A stretch of DNA of 64,000 nt from a virus, in IMG/VR virus record IMGVR_UViG_3300002835_000017; one strand, 5' to 3'. The stretch's first letter is position 1, and every line of letters begins with the position of its first letter. The position numbers and the translations under genes were made by a program. The notes under the pieces are model-generated. The model searched no databases, was not told the DNA's origin, and saw only the letters and a list, made by a program, of their open reading frames with translations. This document shows, piece after piece, positions 59,209 through 64,000 of this stretch.

Positions 59209-59973
59209 TTAGAAATAAATGTTCTTTTCTATATAAAATTGAGGATAATTTCCACTAAAACTAACATCCCACACTTTATATCTATTGTAATGATTAAAAT
59301 CACATAAAAATGCAAAATTATTTCTATATGGATAATCGTAATTTAATTTTCGTAAATCATTATAAACTATATGTGAATAATCCGTTGCGTAGTTATCGAT
59401 AAAATCTTGAATTTCTTCAATTTTTAATTTTTTGTTTAACACAAATGCCATTTCAAACTCAAAATCTCCAATACATTGATGTTCTTCTGGACCAATCATA
59501 CTCCCACACCCAAACCAATAGAAAGAATGTTCGTATTTCATCTTTTCACCATCTTCAAATGCAATAGTTCCTACTAATTTTCCATTTTTATAACATTTGA
59601 TAGTTCTTTCCAAAAAATGGTCACAAATCATAGCGTACTCATTGAATTCGTTAATTTCTTCTGGTAATAATCCAGTAAAAATTTGTTTTGCGTACATTTC
59701 AGTTCTGCCATCTTCAGTTTTTTTTGAAAACCAATATGTAAATCCAATCGAAATAACTCCCAAATTATCTTTATAAGCAGAAATACCTGAATGCATTCCA
59801 TTTCTGGCAATTGCAAATGATTCTTTATTTGTAATTACGGTATCAGGAAATACTTTAAACTTTACGAATAAAGAAAAATCCTCATCCATATCTTTATCAA
59901 TTCTTCTTGACACCGCATATCTACTTTCCGGCAAAACGAAAAATATACTATCTTTGTTTACTCTTAAACTCAT
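59209..59973 (-). CDS. Stand-alone LamG/ConA-like domain protein
   Basis: ATGA-coupled start at 59973; DFSLFVKFK, CYKNGKLVG, WDVSFSGN. Confidence 0.55.
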   Translation of the reverse strand: MSLRVNKDSIFFVLPESRYAVSRRIDKDMDEDFSLFVKFKVFPDTVITNKESFAIARNGMHSGISAYKDNLGVISIGFTYWFSKKTEDGRTEMYAKQIFTGLLPEEINEFNEYAMICDHFLERTIKCYKNGKLVGTIAFEDGEKMKYEHSFYWFGCGSMIGPEEHQCIGDFEFEMAFVLNKKLKIEEIQDFIDNYATDYSHIVYNDLRKLNYDYPYRNNFAFLCDFNHYNRYKVWDVSFSGNYPQFYIEKNIYF

Positions 59974-61385
59974 ATTTTTATTGTTGAACAAAAGTGATAA
60001 AATTCTTCTAATTCAGGGAATGTTTTACAAAAATCAGTTCCTCTACGTTTATCATGATTTGAGAAATATTGATAAAAACTATATCTATTTTTCATTTGTT
60101 GTGTTGCATCCTGCGGAGAAACCATCCAATCATAAATTCTTTTTACTTTTTGAACCTCAACATCAGAATATCCAATATGTTTTGGGTCAAATGATGGTGC
60201 CGCATAATATGTAATTAGTTTGGCTTGGTCCGTAATATGTTTAGCGTAATCAAAAGGAAGTACCTGAACCGTCTGATGTAGCGGGTATCGTAAATATGAT
60301 GAATCTAAAAACACTGCAGAATTCCAATATCTATCGGTAGATGCGTATACATCTTTTAATGTGTAAATATTATGAATTAATTGTTCATAATTAAAAACAC
60401 TTAACGCATTGTATGTAGACATGAATGTTATAATAGTTCTTGGACATTGTGTAAGAATTTTATTTACGTTATCCCAAAATTTATTGAATTCTAATCCAGT
60501 ACGAATGTATTCTGCTTGCTCACCCCACGTATCCGTAGATGTAAATATTACAATTTCTTTTACCCTACCTTCATCCTCTATTTTTTTTATTTTTTCAATT
60601 AGTTTATCTATTAATTTATCAGGAACTCCTAAATTTGAATTAATTGCTAATTTTAATTCAGTATTTGGGTTTGGATGATTTAGAATGTAATCTAATACAC
60701 CCCAAGTATCCTTTGACATTAACGGTTCACCACCAGTAATTCTAAAAGTGTGTAAATCTTTGTATAAATCAGGCCACCATTTCCAAAATGCTTCAACATA
60801 AGGATTATATTCTTTGTTTGGGATGGGTAATTTATCTTCATTTTTCATCCAATCAACTGAATTGAAATTGTCTAATGTTGGATACGCTCCAAATTCTTCA
60901 ATTTCTTCCATCCATTTTGAACTGTATGCAGGACCACAATAGGAACATTTAAAATTACACGCATTTGAGAATGCAACTTCTACATACTTTGGATTAAAAT
61001 CTTCTCTCCAATCAGATTGGATGATATCATTTATAAATGGATAAGACCAACTTTCACCTGATTTAAAAACTCTATCCGAAAAACGGTCTGAATTATCTTC
61101 CACTTTCCAACAATAATCACATTCGGTTGGTCTTGCTCCTTGTAACATTTCTTTTCTACGAAGTTTTTTGTATCTCGTATTGTGAAGTGCAGATGGATTT
61201 CGTGCAATTTCCGTTTCTGAAATTTTATGTGTTTGAGGGTGGTGACATGAGTGGTTATGCCCACTTTGTAATTGCAATGTTACCTGCGTCCATTTAGCGG
61301 CACACATACCTGGACCAACTGCATCTAACTCATCTTTAACTCTTAAATATATCGGATTTTCCGAATAACTTTTATCTTCTGCCAT
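59970..61385 (-). CDS. Twitch-domain radical SAM protein
   Basis: CAAKW, SCHHP, ECDYCW, CNFKCSYC, TGGEP, EYIRTG, DKRRGTDF. Confidence 0.88.
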   Translation of the reverse strand: MAEDKSYSENPIYLRVKDELDAVGPGMCAAKWTQVTLQLQSGHNHSCHHPQTHKISETEIARNPSALHNTRYKKLRRKEMLQGARPTECDYCWKVEDNSDRFSDRVFKSGESWSYPFINDIIQSDWREDFNPKYVEVAFSNACNFKCSYCGPAYSSKWMEEIEEFGAYPTLDNFNSVDWMKNEDKLPIPNKEYNPYVEAFWKWWPDLYKDLHTFRITGGEPLMSKDTWGVLDYILNHPNPNTELKLAINSNLGVPDKLIDKLIEKIKKIEDEGRVKEIVIFTSTDTWGEQAEYIRTGLEFNKFWDNVNKILTQCPRTIITFMSTYNALSVFNYEQLIHNIYTLKDVYASTDRYWNSAVFLDSSYLRYPLHQTVQVLPFDYAKHITDQAKLITYYAAPSFDPKHIGYSDVEVQKVKRIYDWMVSPQDATQQMKNRYSFYQYFSNHDKRRGTDFCKTFPELEEFYHFCSTIKI

Positions 61386-61389
61386 ATTT

Positions 61390-62856
61390 TTATTTTAAAC
61401 AATGAACATTTATTAATTTATGTTTATCGGAAATGATTTTAGTGCTAATATGTTTATACTTCATATTATTTATACCATCTTTTTTATAATCAATCTTACC
61501 CTGTTGCATTTCTAATACATATCTTCTTTCATTTCTAGCCGTTGTTTCTCCTTTAGCCCATTTATCAACACCTCCAACTTTAATTAACCCCTCGGTTTCA
61601 TGTGGTAGACAGAAAAATTTACCATCTCTTCTATGCGGTAATATTACATGAGGTATTTGTATTTCTCTTTCCTCAATACTAACATTATACATTACACCAT
61701 CATTTACTTCAGCCTGGTCTATTACAAATTTACCATCAGTTATTTCATCAAAATTATAATGTAATATTAAACCATCCGTTGAATATTCTTTATGTAATTT
61801 TGAAACATCTTCACTTGATAATGCTCTATTCCATAATTTAATATCGGCAATTTCACCTTTAAAAAAGGCGTGTGGTTCAAATGGTTCTACGGTAGATGTG
61901 TGTCCTATGTAAAATGGCTCTGTACCATATCTTTTTAAATTATAGTTGTATTCAACTGGAGATTGTGTGCCAGTTCCGTTTCTAGCATCACTTTCATTTC
62001 CATTCAAATAAAAATGCATTTTCTTTTCTAAATCATCAACTACCATTGTTACCCAAGTCCACTCACCTTCATAACGCTTGAACCATTGATATATGTGTTC
62101 TCTGTGTGAGTTCCACATCATACCAGTATATGCTCTACTGTTATTAAAGGATAATCCCCAATCATAACCTGGTTTTCTGAATATAGGATATTCAACAAAT
62201 TTTCTTTCAGTATCACCAATTAACCAAATAGGAACTTTTTCTATTTGTTGTTCTGCTTTTACTAATACTGAAATCGTATGTGAATTAGATATTGCCATTC
62301 TAGTTTGTTCTGTGGATGGTATTTTAATATAAGATTGCTTACCATCAAATAGTGCCACATTTTTTACTTTAGCAAAATCAATAGTTTGTTTATCCACATA
62401 TCCTTCCATAACACATCTCCAAAAAAGGTCATCATCTTCCATACCCCAATCCCAATAGTCATTTGAATAACCATTAGTTGCTAAAACTTGTTCTTTTGTA
62501 AAAACAACCGCACCACCAAAGTATTCCTGATATTTTAATTGATAATCAGATTGTGAAATACGAACTGCAATGTGTTGTGGATTTTCTTCTGGATATGAAT
62601 AATCACAACTATCATCTTCAGGCACCATATCAATATCATGCCAAACAATATAATCACATCCATCATCAATTGCGTGCTTTGCAGCAATATTTTTCATCAA
62701 TCCTCTGTTGAATAAATATTCATCACATTGATGTGCAATATAAATGGTATGGTCAATTCCTTTCTTTGTTAAGAAATTAGTAACCCAAGGAACAAATTTA
62801 TTCATGTGTTCCTCTCTGTTTCTATATGGTACGCAAACACCTAACTTATGTCCCAT
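61390..62856 (-). CDS. GT7 (beta-1,4-galactosyltransferase-like) enzyme with an inserted LamG domain
   Basis: VPYRNR, FNRGLMKN, HDID, YFGG, NGYSNDYWDWGMEDDD; then LamG (FDGKQSYI...WNRALS); GT7 tail DGINNMKY. Confidence 0.85.
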   Translation of the reverse strand: MGHKLGVCVPYRNREEHMNKFVPWVTNFLTKKGIDHTIYIAHQCDEYLFNRGLMKNIAAKHAIDDGCDYIVWHDIDMVPEDDSCDYSYPEENPQHIAVRISQSDYQLKYQEYFGGAVVFTKEQVLATNGYSNDYWDWGMEDDDLFWRCVMEGYVDKQTIDFAKVKNVALFDGKQSYIKIPSTEQTRMAISNSHTISVLVKAEQQIEKVPIWLIGDTERKFVEYPIFRKPGYDWGLSFNNSRAYTGMMWNSHREHIYQWFKRYEGEWTWVTMVVDDLEKKMHFYLNGNESDARNGTGTQSPVEYNYNLKRYGTEPFYIGHTSTVEPFEPHAFFKGEIADIKLWNRALSSEDVSKLHKEYSTDGLILHYNFDEITDGKFVIDQAEVNDGVMYNVSIEEREIQIPHVILPHRRDGKFFCLPHETEGLIKVGGVDKWAKGETTARNERRYVLEMQQGKIDYKKDGINNMKYKHISTKIISDKHKLINVHCLK

Positions 62857-62857
62857 T

Positions 62858-64000
62858 CTACAATAATACCGATAGATGATGATAGTTATTCATTGTTACA
62901 TCATTTAATACTTGATATAAACAACTATTTAAACCATCTTTATCTGTGTTATATAATTTAGTTTTAACTTGATTTAAAAATCTTAATTGGTTTATACGAG
63001 TTTCTCTGTGAACCCAGTTTTTCTCATTCCAACTATTTGTTTTATGAGATAATAATTTAAATAAAGATTTTCTTCTATATGGAACTGCCATTTCTCTACC
63101 CAATGATTCATGTGATTTTATGAAATGGCAATTGTGTATTTCTCCGTTATTATTATTAAATGATAAATCTAATAAAGTATCTTCTTTATAGAATTTAAAA
63201 TCATAATATAATTGTAAATGTTGTGCGGATTTATAACCTCTAAAATTTTCTAATAAAGAATTTTCTAAAACATTGTCAGATAATATTTCAATTTCTTTAT
63301 CTTTTAATTTACAATCATATATTGCAAATTCGGAAATCATTCCATAAAAAAAGTTTTGATTAGAATCTCTTTCTGGTGAACCAACTCCTAAATAAAAATA
63401 TTCTTCATTTGAATAATCTTTAGGTGCATGTTTTACTTTTTCAGTATTAACTAACGTACCATCTTTATAAAAAGAAATTTGGTTTTTTTCATAATCAAAA
63501 GTTAAACAGATTTGAGTAAAATGATTAGTTAATATTTCTGAATTAATAGAAGTGCAGTTATCAGTATTATCCCAAAAATCTATTTTATATCTTCTAAATG
63601 AATTATAACTTATATTTGTATCATAACCAGGTATAGAAAATACAGTATACTCATCATAATCATTATTTGGGTTAGATGTTATTTCATCTGGCTTAAATGT
63701 TATTAATATTGTAGTATCCTTTTCAAAATCTAATAATTCTTTTTTTGGTATTTTTATATAAGAATCGTTTCCACTAAATGATAATCCGTATAATTTTTTG
63801 GTTTCATTTTTACCAATTATTTTAGAATCTAATGGAATTTTTTTCTGATTTACTCTAAATAAAAGGTCGTCATCTTCAAATCCCCATCCCCAATATAAAT
63901 TGGAATACCCGTTTATTCGTTCAAATGTATCGGAACTAAACATAGTTACACCACCAAAATAGTCATCAAATGATAAGTTTTTAGATTTATCATATTCTAA
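62858..64000 (-). CDS. Second GT7 + LamG enzyme, 5' end outside the window
   Basis: Frame open to 64000 (..DDYFGGVTMF); NGYSNLYWGWGFEDDD; LamG insert; DGLNSCLY. Confidence 0.85.
   Translation of the reverse strand, partial: LEYDKSKNLSFDDYFGGVTMFSSDTFERINGYSNLYWGWGFEDDDLLFRVNQKKIPLDSKIIGKNETKKLYGLSFSGNDSYIKIPKKELLDFEKDTTILITFKPDEITSNPNNDYDEYTVFSIPGYDTNISYNSFRRYKIDFWDNTDNCTSINSEILTNHFTQICLTFDYEKNQISFYKDGTLVNTEKVKHAPKDYSNEEYFYLGVGSPERDSNQNFFYGMISEFAIYDCKLKDKEIEILSDNVLENSLLENFRGYKSAQHLQLYYDFKFYKEDTLLDLSFNNNNGEIHNCHFIKSHESLGREMAVPYRRKSLFKLLSHKTNSWNEKNWVHRETRINQLRFLNQVKTKLYNTDKDGLNSCLYQVLNDVTMNNYHHLSVLL

Noticed and set aside
822-60678. Numerous plus-strand ORFs in the ORF track
   Set aside because: All lie antisense to long minus-strand genes, have no recognisable motifs, and are the expected shadows of codon bias
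1-64000. Stop-codon reassignment as in some large phages
   Set aside because: Core genes are full length in the standard code; TAG (46057) and TGA (51348, 59970) end genes at tight junctions
1-64000. tRNA or other known RNA genes
   Set aside because: Intergenic gaps are short and AT-rich; no cloverleaf or T-loop pattern seen by eye (tRNAscan/Infernal not run)

Overview
The window is the late (virion morphogenesis) region of an AT-rich, T4-like large myophage; every credible gene lies on the minus strand. In transcription order (high to low coordinates) it holds an ~18 kb glycan-biosynthesis block (two GT7 glycosyltransferases with LamG inserts, two GT10-like proteins, RmlC, three NDP-sugar epimerase/reductases, split TPP alpha/beta subunits, three radical SAM enzymes, two SGNH-like proteins, HAD proteins), then an 1835-aa multi-enzyme protein, large terminase, portal, a cluster of modular proteins, prohead protease, ribosomal protein bS21, scaffold, gp23-type major capsid protein, neck proteins, an array of Ser/Thr-rich fibre paralogs, a GT-B glycosyltransferase, a Hint-LamG protein, tail sheath, tail tube, tail chaperones and the probable start of the tape measure gene. 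bS21 beside the head genes and A-rich starts with no Shine-Dalgarno suggest a Bacteroidota host (inference). The most interesting observations are: (1) head-region polyproteins made of small domains and enzymes separated by gp21-type hydrophobic-x-E cleavage motifs, suggesting a packaged, protease-released cargo system; (2) a [ST]-[GA]-S motif concentrated in surface-exposed virion proteins next to a phage glycan pathway, suggesting virion glycosylation; (3) a probable +1 frameshift in the tail chaperone; (4) a late promoter that is the reverse complement of the T4 one; (5) a cleavage-only Hint domain in a lectin-bearing virion protein; (6) possible peptide plug-and-socket docking among fibres. 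All family calls come from motif recognition, not database searches.
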